From the human T2T-CHM13v2.0 reference genome, Homo sapiens: 64,000 nucleotides of DNA. Location: the NCBI RefSeq assembly GCF_009914755.1, contig NC_060930.1. The stretch is one strand, 5' to 3'. The notes below the pieces were generated by a model that saw only the letters and a program-made list of their open reading frames with translations, did no database searches and had not been told where the DNA came from. A program made the translations under genes and the position numbers. Positions 26,704 to 39,740 of this stretch are shown one piece after another (position 1 is the first letter of the stretch; each line of letters starts with the position of its first letter).

Positions 26704-27701
26704 TGTGGGCGGCAAGCCACCCAGGTGCCGAGGCAGGAGACCGAGGGCACCAGCTGTTCCAGTATAATAAAATATAAAACAAGAATAGTTATACCAGATA
26801 TAGATCTTAGATATGATTATATATAAATATAATTAATCATTAGTTAGTAGTACTTACTCTTTATTCCAATGTTATAATAATCCTCGCTCTATAATCGTAA
26901 CCGAGGAAAGGCCAGGCCATACAGAGATAGGAGCTGAGGGGACATAATGAGAAGTGACCAGAAGACAAGAGTGCGAGCCTTCTGTTATGTCCAGACAGGG
27001 CCACCAGAGGGCTCCTTGGTCTAGCGGTGACGCCAGCTTCTGGGAAGACGCCCCTTGCCAAGCGGACCGTAGTCTAGGGATAGCGTTAGTGTCAAGGAAA
27101 AACACCCGCTACTTAGTGGACCGGGAAAGGGAGTCTCCCTTTCCCTGGGGGAGTTTAGAGAAGACTCTACTCCTACACCTCTTGTGGAGGGCCTGACATT
27201 AGTCAGGCCCACCCACAGTTATCCAGAGGCCTAACCGTCTCCCTGTGATGCTGTGCTTCAGTGGTCACGCTCCTAGTCCGCCTTCACGTTCCATCCTGTA
27301 CACCTGGCTCTGCCTTTTAGATAATAGTAGCAAAATTAGTGAAAGTACTAAAAGTCTCTGATATGCAAAAATAATGCTGTAAGCTGTTTCTCTCTCTCCC
27401 TCTCTCTCTCTGCCTTGGCTGCCAGGCAGGGAAGGGCCCCCTATCCAATGGACACGTGACCCACGTGACCTTACCTATCACTGGAGATGGCTCACACTCC
27501 TTATCCTGCCCCTTTGTCTTGTATCCAATAAATATCAGCGCAGCCTGGCATTCAGGGCCACTACCGGTCTCTGCGTCTTGGTGGTAGTGGTCCCCCGGGC
27601 CCAGTTGTCTTTTCTCTCTTTGTCTTGTGTCTTTATTTCTACGCTCTCTTGTCTCCACACACAGCGAAAAACCCATGGACCCTGTGGGGCTGGACCCTAC
27701 A
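26704..27701 (+). mobile_element. LTR13 solo LTR (HERV-K13/HML-4)
   Basis: 998 bp with TG...CA termini, starting tgtgggcggcaagccacccaggtgccgaggc and ending ggggctggaccctaca. Perfect 6-bp TSD ctagga (26698-26703, 27702-27707), typical of betaretroviruses. Confidence 0.92.
27001..27014 (+). promoter_or_regulatory. CTCF core motif inside LTR13
   Basis: CCACCAGAGGGCTC versus consensus CCASYAGRKGGCRS. LTR13 is a known primate source of CTCF sites. Confidence 0.6.
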
Positions 27702-27933
27702 CTAGGAAATTCTGGAAAAATAATTAGAAATAGTGATATTAAAGAAATTGTGAGGTAACACAGAATACAGATAAACAATAGAAAAACAATCAGGGAAACA
27801 GTTGATAATCTGAATGAGAAATTAAAAAACAAAATAGATATTATTTAAAAATAACTAAATAGAAATTCTAGAATTGAATGACTCATTGAATGAAATGAAA
27901 AATACAATCAAGATCTTCAACCACAGACTAGAT

Positions 27934-28141
27934 CGGGGTGTCCAATCTTTTGCCCTGGTTTACACTGGAAGAAGAAGAATTGTCTTGGGCCACACATAAA
28001 ATACACTAACTATAGCTAATGAGCTAAAAAAATGCAAAAAGTCTCATAATGTTTTAAGAAAGCTTACAAATTACTGTTGGGCCACATCCTAAGGCATCCA
28101 AGGCTGCATATGGCCCATGGGCTGCAAGTTGGACAAACTTG
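27934..28141 (+). mobile_element. MER30 (hAT-Charlie MITE)
   Basis: cggggtgtccaatctttt...gaagaagaagaattgtcttgggccacacataaaatacac...gttggacaaacttg. 8-bp TSD gactagat/gactagct. Confidence 0.92.
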
Positions 28142-31139
28142 GACTAGCTTAAGCAGAAGAAAAAATTTCCAAACTTGAAGATAAGTCTTTTATGCTAACA
28201 CTGACAAAAACAAAGAAAAAAAGGAATACATAAGAATAAAAAAAGCCAACAGGACATATGGGACACCATAAAGAGAACAAATATTTGAATTTTGAGAATT
28301 TTAGAAGGAGATGAGTTGGACAAAGGCATAGAAAACCTATTTAACAAAATTATAGCTTAAAACTTCCCAAGGCTTCCAAGAGACATAGACATCCATACAT
28401 AAAAAGCTGAAGGATCCCCAAATAGACTCAACCCAAAAAGCCTTCTTCCAAGGGACACTATTGTCATACTGTCAAAAGTCAAAGACAAAGGGAGAACTGT
28501 ATAAACAGAAAGAGAAAAAGGCATCAAGTCACATAAGGGTAGGAGAGACTGGGAGGATAAATTTAAGTACCAAAAGAAAAAAATTCTGCAGGTCAAGAAT
28601 ATTATATCCACAAGAAAAGTATGCCCACGTTCCTTACTCTTATTTAACATAGCATTGGAATTTTAGGTAGAGCAATTAGACAAGAACGAAAAATAAAAGC
28701 CATCAAGATTAGAAAAGAGGAAGTCAAATTGTCTCTGTTTGCAGGTGATATAATCCTATGTAGAGAAAAGCCTAAAGACTAGGCCAAAAGACACTTAGAA
28801 TTGATTTAAAAAGTTCAGTAAAGCCCAGACACAAAATCAATATACAAAAATCAATAGTGTTTCTATATACCAACAACAAAGAAGCTGAAAAATTAATCAA
28901 GAAAATAATCCTATTCACAATAACTACAAAAATACCTAGGAATAAATTTAACAAAGGAGTTAAAAGACCTCTATAAGGGAAACAACAAAACACTGATGAA
29001 ATAAATTGAAGGGGCCACAAGCAAATGAAAGGATACTCAATGCTCATGGATCAGAAGAATTAATATTTTTTAAATGAACACACTTCTAAAAGCAATCTAC
29101 AAAGCCAATGCAATCTGTATCACAATACCAATGACATTCTTCACAGAACTAGAAAATAGCAATGCTACAATTTGTATGGAATCACAATACTCCAAATAAC
29201 CAAAGCAATATTGAGCAAAAAGAACAAAGCTGGAAGCATCACACTCTTTGATGGGGGAGATGAAGAGAGTTGGCTAATATGTACAAACATATAATTAGAT
29301 AGAAGACATAAGTTCTAGTCTTCAATAGCACAGTAGGGTGACTGTAGTTAACAACTTATTTTATATTTCATAAGAGCTAGAAGCAAAAACTGAAATGTTC
29401 CCAACACAAAAAAAATTTGAGGTGATAGATATCTTAAATACTTTCATTTGATCATTACACATTGTGTACATGTATTACGATATCAGAGATTTCCTGTTTG
29501 CTTTATAGTAATTCTGGAAATGTACTGTGGATTACTACACAAAAATGTACTATAAAAGGAAATGGAAAGACCAAATTAAAATACAAGTCAAATACAGCTA
29601 CAAGATTCTAGGTGTCCATAAGCCTTCACATCTGGTGATCTTGCTAATGCAGGCCAAGTAAATATGGTCCTGCTGCTGTCACTGCCATTTTTATCATTTT
29701 GTTTGATAGAGGTGAGAAGGAGCCTCTATGGGTCAGTTCTCCCAGTTATTTGAGACTGTTCTTCACGTGGCCCATTACAGATTGATTTATTTCAGAAGTC
29801 AACATGGGAGAAGTGTGGTGATAAGAATGCAGATCAGAAGAAAAACACACAATCAAATTTGGTTAATAGATTTGGGGTGTTTATAAAACCAACTGTTTCC
29901 CCCTCATTTTGACTTGAAAGATACATATTTGGCCACCTTCAGAATATCAAACTCAGGTTTTACTTTTCTGAGAAACACAAAATATAACTTTAAGTCTGTT
30001 TGCTCATCAATTTAATGAGGAATTTGAGAAACCATGTAAATATTTCACATATAAAATTTAGAAAAACGATGTATTACCTCAATAGAAGGAATTTAAATAT
30101 GATATAGGCACATCAAAGATAGAGAGAAAGTATTTCTCAAATACCAATTTACACCCTGACACTTATTCATAAAAAATAATACTTAGGTGCACTTAGATGA
30201 GACACAATACAAAGAAGTTAGGGGTAGAAGCAGCTAAAAATCACTGTAATGACATCCTTTAATAATCCCACACATACCATTCCTTAGTTGTAAAGCATAC
30301 CTTTGTGAGGAGATTCAACTAAAAACACTTTGTTATCCCATGAAAGATGAAAGACTGTACTTTTACAAACTAAAGTGAGTTAAAATTGTAATATTTAGCC
30401 TGCAATTTTGCCACAAGAAATTACTAATTTTCAGCTTTGATCTTTCATTTATTTTGATGAAAAAATATGTTTATGATAGTTACTATCCAGCATTTATTAG
30501 TCAACTTATACTCATTAGGCAACCAATGAAGATTTAGAAGAAAATGAGAAGTTTCTGAAATAAAAGAGGAAGATATATGTGTAATTTTATAAAACTCTGG
30601 GGATATTTGCTTTCTTATAACTTTATGTATTTGGTAACATTATGAGTTGAAATATAAAAGTCTAAGTTTAATCAGTAACAATCATGCGGTGTTCTTTATT
30701 AGGTTAAAGAGTATAGCAAATTTAGTGGCATACTAATGTTACAGCATTTATCTTAATGTGAAATATTTACTCAATGATGTAGCACACAAAATATTATTAC
30801 AAGTAAATACTTTAACATGAATAAATAGAAATAATGGTAATTGGTATTCATAAGTCAGTCTGCAGTCAGTACCAACTGACACACTTAAAGACTAATGAAT
30901 GAAAAATTTGCTAATATGACCTTTCTGGATTTTATGATTACAGCAACAACATGGAAATCTTTAAGCCATTTACAAAGTAAATATTAGTAAATGATAAATA
31001 CAATTATGTCAGTTAAATTTCAACAAAAACGGTAAATAAAAGACCGTGTGTCTATTTCCAAATTAAAAATGTGTTCCATTACCTTTTGATAGATGTTAGA
31101 ATGATAGAAGCCATTAATTATGTAATCAGTGCTACAAAT

Positions 31140-31665
31140 TGGCACAACTAGAAGCAAGATCTCTGGGACTCCCACTTTGGGACTCACGGATCACCAGCCA
31201 GAATGGGTCTCACATAGTGTCATCTGTCGTCAACATGATTTTAGATAAGACTGTAGACCGCCTATGGGAACATGACTTAGTTATTGGTTTCAGAAAAATT
31301 TTGTGCTGGAAAAATAAGACTAAACCAATAAATAACTTCACCTTTTGTTTCAAGACATTCTTATCAAGAAACAATTATTTGCTCAACTGGTCAAAATGAG
31401 TTTACTTATCAACAACCTTAATTATGCTCATTAATTATAAATTCTTATATCCCCATTTTTGTCCATTTTTAGTTCCCCAACCTAAAAGGCCCTCTTCTTT
31501 GATCATCTGAACCTTCCCTCCAGAGCCCGGTAAATATCTTATTTCTAACTTTCTCCTCTGTGACACTGCTTATATTCTGTCAATAAATGTGGTGTTTTTT
31601 ATCCACTGTAGTGAGCTATAATAAACTTATTTTTGTTCATTATCAGACACAGATGTTTCAGTGAC
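31140..31665 (+). mobile_element. Possible old ERV1 LTR (MER67-like)
   Basis: The 3' part ctgtgacactgc..tctgtcaa..gtggtgtt..actgtagtgagc..ataaact..ttg..ttatca resembles the MER67 R/U5 region. The left boundary is uncertain. Confidence 0.35.
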
Positions 31666-32559
31666 TTCTATATATAAATTTATAACTTGTTCAACTAAGG
31701 CTAGCATAAATCTTCAATGATATTTTCCTATTATTAAAGTATAATGAAATTACACATATGTGATACCATGGGGGGTTATTTCCCTGTTCTAGAAACAGGG
31801 TGACTAGGAAATAGCACATATATTTTCTAGTAGCATAAACTCAACCTTTATTTTTCTTTGTTCATAAAGATTATTGCTTAGAATTATAGAATGAATATGA
31901 AAGAACATTTTAAAAACAACTCTTCAGTCCTTTTGGCATCCCAGAAGCTTATTAGTTATAAATTTGCATACTCGAGATGACAGGCACCACAGATCATAAC
32001 TTTTCACTTCCTGCTATTAATATTGATGGCCATGGTGAATTACTAGTTCATCAGAATTGATTTGACATAGTAAATTTTCATGTACAGTAGACTGTTTCAC
32101 AAACCTGCATCAGAAGAAGGTCTTTGTTAAGATGTAGCATGGTTAGTACTCAAGAAGAACAATACAGTATATTTGTTAAACAATCTTTGTAGTCAGAAAG
32201 CCTAGGTTAAATTTGCTAACCTGAGAGGCTTTGGGTAATTTACTGAAACTTCAGTTTTCCTCAACTACCAAATGATATAGCATTTGTGTTGTTTCAGTGG
32301 TACTTTTCACTTATGTTCCTCTTTTTGGCTACAGTAAAGGAGAGGAAACACATCATTCAGGAAAATGGACAGCCACATTTTCTTTGAAGCTGAGCTGATT
32401 CTCCTGGGTCTCTTGGCCATGAGGCAATGGCCAACGGGAAATATAGGTGAGAAAACATAAATTTACAAATATCTTTCTGTTTTATTTTACATTATAATTA
32501 AGTCAGCAGAATACTATCAAGTTTGAATTACCAAAGATATTTTTGTGTTCACAAGTTCT

Positions 32560-33075
<516 letters not shown>

Positions 33076-33225
33076 ATGATTGTGTCCTCGGCCCAATTCT
33101 TGCTCTATTAAAAAAGTCACTTAAACACCCAAAGCCTTAACTTCCTCTTTTTTAAAATGGTAAAAGGAATAAAAAAAATCATTTAATTTGTATGATTGTT
33201 GTATTAAAACATTACTGTTGTGATG

Positions 33226-33517
33226 TTTTTTAAGAGACAAGCTCTCCATTGCCCAGGGGCTGGAGTGCAATAGCATGTTCATAGCTCACTGTAACCTCAA
33301 ACTCCTGGGCTCAAGCTATCTTCCCACCTCAGCCTCCCAAGTAGCTAAGGCTACAGGTACATGCCAGCATGCTCAGTTATTTTTTTGAAATAACTTTTGT
33401 AGAAACCGTGTCTTGCTATGTTGTCTAAGCTGGTCTGAAACTACTGGCCTCGAGCGATCTTCCTCCCTTGGCCTCCCAAAGTGCTAGGATTACAGGTGTA
33501 AGCCACTGTTCCCAGGT
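33226..33517 (-). mobile_element. AluJ (Jo/Jr-like)
   Basis: catagctcactgtaacctcaaactcctgggctcaagc J-type diagnostics; CpGs are decayed. Confidence 0.88.
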
Positions 33518-33837
33518 TTGTTCTGACTTTTCTATTTTTAAAAAAAGAAAATCATTAGGCCATTCAGCCCAGGGAGCTTTTAATTAGCAATCCTGGACAA
33601 CAATAGTTAATTCCTCCTCACTGCCATCTGTGCATGCTGCCCTCCTGTCCCTGGTGCCTTTACTTGTAGTTAACTATTCGCATGTCTGTCTTTATATTGC
33701 ATGCTTCTATAGCATGAGTCACATTTCAGATGCTCCCTGAAGGTCTGCTACATTAACATGTGAATAAATAACATAAAAAGAAGTGATGTATTAATATTAT
33801 TTTTTGAAGTAAGCTACCTGTTTCTCCACTTCCAGAT

Positions 33838-34025
33838 TTAGAGAGCATAGAAAAAGCACTTTCAGAATGATAAAATAGTACAAACTCTCCCCAGAAGATC
33901 TCTGGGTATATCCAAGGTGATACAGTTAACTCTGTTGCAGAGTGAAAAAAATATAGAAAATATTTTTTTTCTTTTTCAAAAAGCCTCTATTAATTGAAAA
34001 AAGGTGATCATTTTGAATTTTTCTG
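33838..34025 (+). repeat. Unique 188-bp segment duplicated at 38727-38911 (putative donor)
   Basis: Direct alignment shows 7 substitutions and one 3-nt indel between the copies. Confidence 0.95.
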
Positions 34026-35689
34026 GATCCTCACTGCTCTTTTCATCTCAGAAGTGCCAATTATGTTAGTCATTTGGCTCTATATTCATTATTATTGCCA
34101 AAGTGATACAAGCCAATGTCAATTTAAAATAATTTATTTCCTTCAAAGATATTTAAATATGTCATAAGGGAACACACAAGCATATTTTCTAACACTTGTA
34201 TAAATTTTCTGATTTGTCAATAAAAAGTATACCTCAAGCTAAAAATTAATGAGCCCAAACATCTTACATAATACTGTGCAAATGACACTATTCAGTTTCT
34301 CATCGACTTGATGTTGTTTAGGGAAGTTATAGTTTTATGAAATGCACATGTTACATCTACCTAGTAGCCATATTTTACTATTATAAAATACAGAGGAATT
34401 CATTTAGTGGAATGTAGGAATATAATTCTCTAATATGACAAAAAGAAAGAAGATTATCTTCCCTGTCATTTTCAACCAATTTTCAAGAAAGTCCCCAACC
34501 AATGACTCACCAAGGCCCTCACACCAGCCCCCACAGTTTTTTCAATGTGAATTATGCTTTCCCTTCAAGGGTTCTACACGTCGTTTCTCTTCAGTGACTT
34601 TGTTTTTGATTCTTCAATGAAAAATAATGTTTTCTTCTCTTGCCACCACCTACAGATTTAATGCTGCACTTGCATCCTCTATTTTGCTAATACCAATACA
34701 TATGTACTGTTTAACCTGTTGGAGAATAAGCTACTTGAGCATAGGGACATAACTCATATTTTATTTAAAATCCCCTCCCCATCACCTTGTAGTGTTATTT
34801 ATTTTGGAAGCCTTAACTTTATATAATTTTATAATTAGAAGACAGCTTTTGATATACTCACTTCAAACTCATGTTTTGTGCTGTGGTCAGTAAATAATTT
34901 GCCCTCTGCCTCATCCTGTCTGACGTCTGATGTATAAATGGAATTGGAAGTATGCTTCCTTTTCTTTCCACATGGCCCGTTGCTGATCACCTCCTGACCC
35001 ACGGCCACCCTTTTATTCACTGCTGTTGTGTCAAAGGAGATGTATCTTCAATCTTCTGCTTATAATTTATCCATACTTTTCACTAGAAATGATGGTAAAC
35101 CATGGTATTATTCATAAGTGTTTTGGAAATGTTACAAGATAAATAGGGGCCAATGAGCCAGCTGAGAAACACTACTCTACTGAGATATTGCTTCAAAAGG
35201 AAACATGTGTTTCATGTTTAAAAATACGTGGTTTGAAAAAAAATCTTTCAAAATTAAAGCAATGCAGAACATCAAAAATATTTCAGAAAATATTTGTGTT
35301 GAAATCAGTACCCTCCTATTTGTTGGCTCAATGGGTCAAACAATCCATAGTCTTTCCATCTCAGTTTTGTTATCTGTAAAATAGACCTCTGATTTTTATT
35401 CCTGTCATTACCATTCATCTCACTCCCAGCAAAAGCACTATGTACCATTATTATGAACTTGCTGTTATGTGCTTGTGTGCATCCCTTCTACTTCTGTAGA
35501 AAGTTTTCCACCATTGTGTCCTTAATATACTGAGTTTTACATCAAAATTCAACACAGATACTGAATTTCTCTGTAAAACCCTACCATCTATTAAAAAAGG
35601 TGTTTAAGTGCTCTGATTAGCTATATTCTTATTACCTTTTGCATGCAATTTTATTAATATATTATGTTTTCAATCATATTTACTTTTAA

Positions 35690-35815
35690 AAATGCCTTTT
35701 CCCCCATTTGAATGTAAAATTTTAGGGGCTAGAACTGTGTTTTTATGTCTTTCCAGCTCAGAAACTTGAATAATGTACATAATAGATGCTTACTAAAATC
35801 AGTTGAATGGATGGA
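35690..35815 (+). mobile_element. L2 3' end
   Basis: gaatgtaaaattttaggggctagaactgtg...acataatagatgcttactaaaatcagttgaatggatg. Confidence 0.55.
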
Positions 35816-35830
35816 AAAAATAATTTAGAC

Positions 35831-35866
35831 AATTTTAATATTTAAATGTTTTTAAATATTAAAATT
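35831..35866. repeat. Perfect AT-rich inverted repeat (16-bp arms, 4-nt loop)
   Basis: aattttaatatttaaa-tgtt-tttaaatattaaaatt. Confidence 0.95.
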
Positions 35867-36019
35867 ATTTCTATATTTAAAAGCTCTGCAAAAGGAAATA
35901 CATTATTGCCAGTATTTGTCATAATTTTTTCATAATATTAAATGATCCATTTGTCACTTCATTTTTTTAACTTCTATTTTTGTCTGTTACTTCTATTTGA
36001 TGACTGATATAGTAAAAAT

Positions 36020-36170
36020 ATTAATAATACTAATATTTATATAGTCTACACTGTGTCAGATAATTCAAGTGCTTTATAAATATTATTTTATTTAATACCC
36101 ATAATAATCTTATGAAGTAGGCAACATTACAATCCCAATTTAATATGGGTAAACTATGGCCTTGAGAATA
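36020..36170 (-). mobile_element. MIR
   Basis: aagtgctttataaatattatttt..ataataatcttatgaagtaggcaacattacaatcccaattt..aaactatggc. Confidence 0.6.
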
Positions 36171-38680
36171 TATGTATTTTATCTGTTTAACTCTATTATT
36201 TAAAAATAATCTATAGTATAATAATAGTAATTGATTTTATCTTAATTTAAAAATAATTTTCTTATGAATTTATAAGGACAGAAAGGTATCAAAGTAATTT
36301 CATTGAAATAGTCTATTTTATTTTTTCAGGGTTTTAGATAAATAAAAGAATATACAGTTTATCCTCTTTATATGTAAACTAGCTGAAGGCAACCTTGTTA
36401 GATAGTAATGTAATTGTCAAGATAAGGTATTCCCAGAAGTTTATTCAATGTCATATATTGTGTAGAGAAATCACAATGTTTAACATTTTTCTTATACTAT
36501 CAAAATCACCAATATAGTAAAAAATGTAATGAAAGTTAATCTTTAGGTAACGTGGTATAGTAAAAAGTGCTTTGAATTAATTATCAAGAGATTAGCATTA
36601 CAGTTCTTTATGTCTTTCTAATAACATTATGGCTCTCATAAGCTGTTGTCTGAACTATGGCAAAAACCTGTTAACCAACCTCAAGACCCAGTCCTCTCCT
36701 AGGATTCTTCACACTGCAGAATTACTTTCCCCTTAACAGTTTTGATTACGTCACTTTACTGCTCCATGATATTGCCTGCTCCATAAAATTCAAACTATTT
36801 AGCAGAACATTCAAGACCTTTCAAAGAATGTCACTTTCTAATTTTGCCATTTACTTTACATTACTGCCCATTATTACCAACTCCCACCAATCTCTTACTG
36901 TAAATGCCAACTGCACTGGACAATTGACTCTTGTCTGTCACACTGGGCAATGCATCATTCCCTGAACTATAAATGCTTGGCTGTTTGTTTTAAATCCTTT
37001 TTTCTCCAAATATGAGGCCACTTTTTTTGTTCCTGAAGTTTAACCTTGCCTTAGTCTACAGTACTATTCCTATATTTAGAGATAATTTAAAGCATTTTAA
37101 ACCAGAAGATTAAACTACTTCTCAACACTTTTAAACAGCTGTACTGACATGCTATTAGATACTGAATTATTTCTGTAGATGCTGAATTTATCAGGATAGG
37201 CTAGGTTAAACTGGAGTAGCAAAAAACACCCAAATCTGCATGGCATAATACAATAAAGTTTATTTTTTTCATTTTCTTATATTGCACAAAGTGAATGAAC
37301 TGACTGTTGAGAGCCTTAGAGAGTTCTGAAAATATTGGAGCAACAACAATAAAAATAGAGCAAGTCTGTTGTCACCAAAGTGGGAGTTTGAAATGCAGCT
37401 TCCAAATGAGCATTCAGATTGGTGTGAAAATCAGTCTCATGAGTCCGTTGCTATGCCTCACATATACACATGCGGAAATCATGGGCAAGCTTTTTCAAGC
37501 GAGTAGTAATTGTTCTAACCCTATATAAAAATGTTATTTCATTCACTCTCTCCAGTTGTAGTGGTCTGCTAAATACCACTAGTAACTCATGTAATACTCA
37601 TTGAAGATTTTTTGAAGTCTGATATCTTATACATGGAAGCTGGAAATTTTATTTCTTATGGGTGTGAACCATTCATATGTACACCTCCAGGAGTTATAGT
37701 AAATATCAATTCTTTATCTTTAAATTTGTCATTAAACAACTCTATTACCATATATTAGTCATACCAATGGATAGCTAATATGATTTAAAAGATGTGCTAC
37801 CAAATTTTATCTCAACTTGCAAACAATTTAATTGTGGATATTCTTGTAAACTTTAAAATATATTTTCCCCACAGTAATTCTCATCCTTAAAAATGGGAAG
37901 AGTGAAGAAAAAGTTAATCTTTGTGCGATGTTAGAGTTCAGCTAACGTTGATAAGACTAAATGAAAGTTTGCAGCCTAAGGGGTGACAAAACATAAAATA
38001 TATTCCAGAATTAAGCATTGATTAGTAAGAAGCAAACTAAAATGTGCAGATTAAATGTCAGATATTGAAATTCTCTGCTGTTTCATTATTGTTGATAGCA
38101 GTAAACGTTATAAATCTCAAATTTACCAGGCAGAATGTCATGTAATTTGTCAAATGCAGTTTAGCTAAAATGAGGTTTGTCGCTTACACAATCAACTTGT
38201 TAATTTGGCTGGCACTTATTCTACTGCTGTTACATAAATTCTCAACTATAAGCTACAACATACATTTTAATTTGCTGGACATCAGGTTAAACAAAAAAAT
38301 ATGTATTCATTCAAGTTATGTTGTAGTTACACTGATTATTGTCATCAGACTTTTCCAAGACTTTTTTTTCAGGTATTGATTCAAATTAAAGTCAGAATAT
38401 ACCACATTTTCACAAATAACCTTGATGTCTATTATCCTTTACTCTTTTCACAATTATAGTTTTTGAAAAAGTCCAATATTTCAGGTGAACAGTTTTCCTT
38501 AAATATGACTTATTTTGGTTCTGAATGTATTTAATGTGCTGTTTATTTTTGCCATTATTATAAAAAGCCACTGAAAACTCACAGCTTTCTCTTTATTCAG
38601 AATGCAAACAGCCAAAAAATCATATATATGATATATATATGATTACATATAATCATATGTGTTTGTATATATACATCTCT

Positions 38681-38690
38681 TATGTGTATG

Positions 38691-38727
<37 letters not shown>

Positions 38728-38965
38728 TAGAGAGCATAGAAAAAGCATTTTCAGAATGATAAAATAGTACAAACTCTTCCCAGAATATCTCTGGGTGTAT
38801 CCAAGGTGATACAGTTAACTCTGTTGCAGAGTGAAAAAAATACAGAATTTTTTTTTCTTTTTCAAAAAGCCTCTATTAATTGAAGAAAGGTGATCATTTT
38901 GAATTTCTCTGAAATTCAAAGCAAAAAAAATTATTTTTGTTTTCTCACACACACACATACACATA
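38681..38965. repeat. Compound palindromic microsatellite (TG)n-(TA)12...(CA)n split by a 185-bp duplicated insert
   Basis: Left arm tatgtgtatggtgtgtgtgtg, (TA)12 at 38702-38725, insert at 38727-38911, right arm cacacacacacatacacata at 38946-38965. Confidence 0.9.
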
Positions 38966-39329
38966 TATACATACTTAAAGAAAACCTCTTTTAGAGATTA
39001 ATACGAAATTTAGTATAAATTCAGCTCGAATTCATGTCATAGAATGTTAGTCCTGAAACAAACTCAGAGAACATATTTAAATTTCTCATCTTCAAAGAGA
39101 AAACGGCCTGAGAGGCCTGAATTAATGTGATCAAAGAATCTCGGTGTTACATAGAAGATCAAAATAAGAACCCAGATCTACTCAAGCCAAGTGTTCATTC
39201 CAGTGTATCTTCAGTGTATGAGCTCAAAATTCCAAGCTATTTTAAAATACCTACTTTGTGCAAATAAAAGTTAGACAAAGTGCTTAATATCTGTTCTCTA
39301 TATTTAAGGATTTAAGTGTGATTTAATGT

Positions 39330-39740
39330 TTTATTAGTCAGGACATTTCAGCTACTAATACCAAAAAAGAAACTCAAACAGCATGTTAAAAGTAAGTTAA
39401 TGCATATATTCACCTGGGACAACGGAGGTGAGGTGAGCTCAGGTTTGGTTAACTCAGCCCTATTCTAATGTTACCAAGTCTCTTTCCATAGCACATTTAT
39501 CCTGAGGTTAACTCAATCAGTGACTGCTAGAAACAATCAGAATTATATTTTTTAGCTCTTACTCAATGAAACAAAAAATAAATTGCTTTTTTTCTTAGAA
39601 GGTACTAGCAATGGGGATTTTTCTACTTCATTGGTCTAAGGTAACTTAGCCTGTCCATTCCTGATCCACTCACTTACAAGGGGAATAGGGTCAATATTTT
39701 GGCTTATGCAGCCACTGGGGAGTGGATGTTGGGGACTCAA
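39330..39740 (-). mobile_element. Possible old ERVL/MaLR LTR (MLT1/LTR33-like)
   Basis: tattagtcaggacatttcagctactaataccaaaaaagaaactcaaacagc...cattggtctaag...cattcctgatccactcact resemble reversed old LTR motifs. Confidence 0.35.

Larger units (their letters stand above)
24950..29490 (+). mobile_element. L1MA4/5-like element with monomer-array 5'UTR, ORF1, internally deleted ORF2 and 3'UTR; host to three later insertions
   Basis: GC-rich degenerate ~65-bp repeats at 24950-25650; ORF1-like sequence at ~25870-25925 and 27708-28608; ORF2 at 28610-29250; 3'UTR gcacagtagggtgactgtagttaac...ttgatcattacacattg at 29251-29490. Confidence 0.75.

Noticed and set aside
27317-27832. 171-aa minus-strand ORF
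   Set aside because: Spans LTR13 and L1 ORF1 antisense with no domain similarity; a chance ORF.
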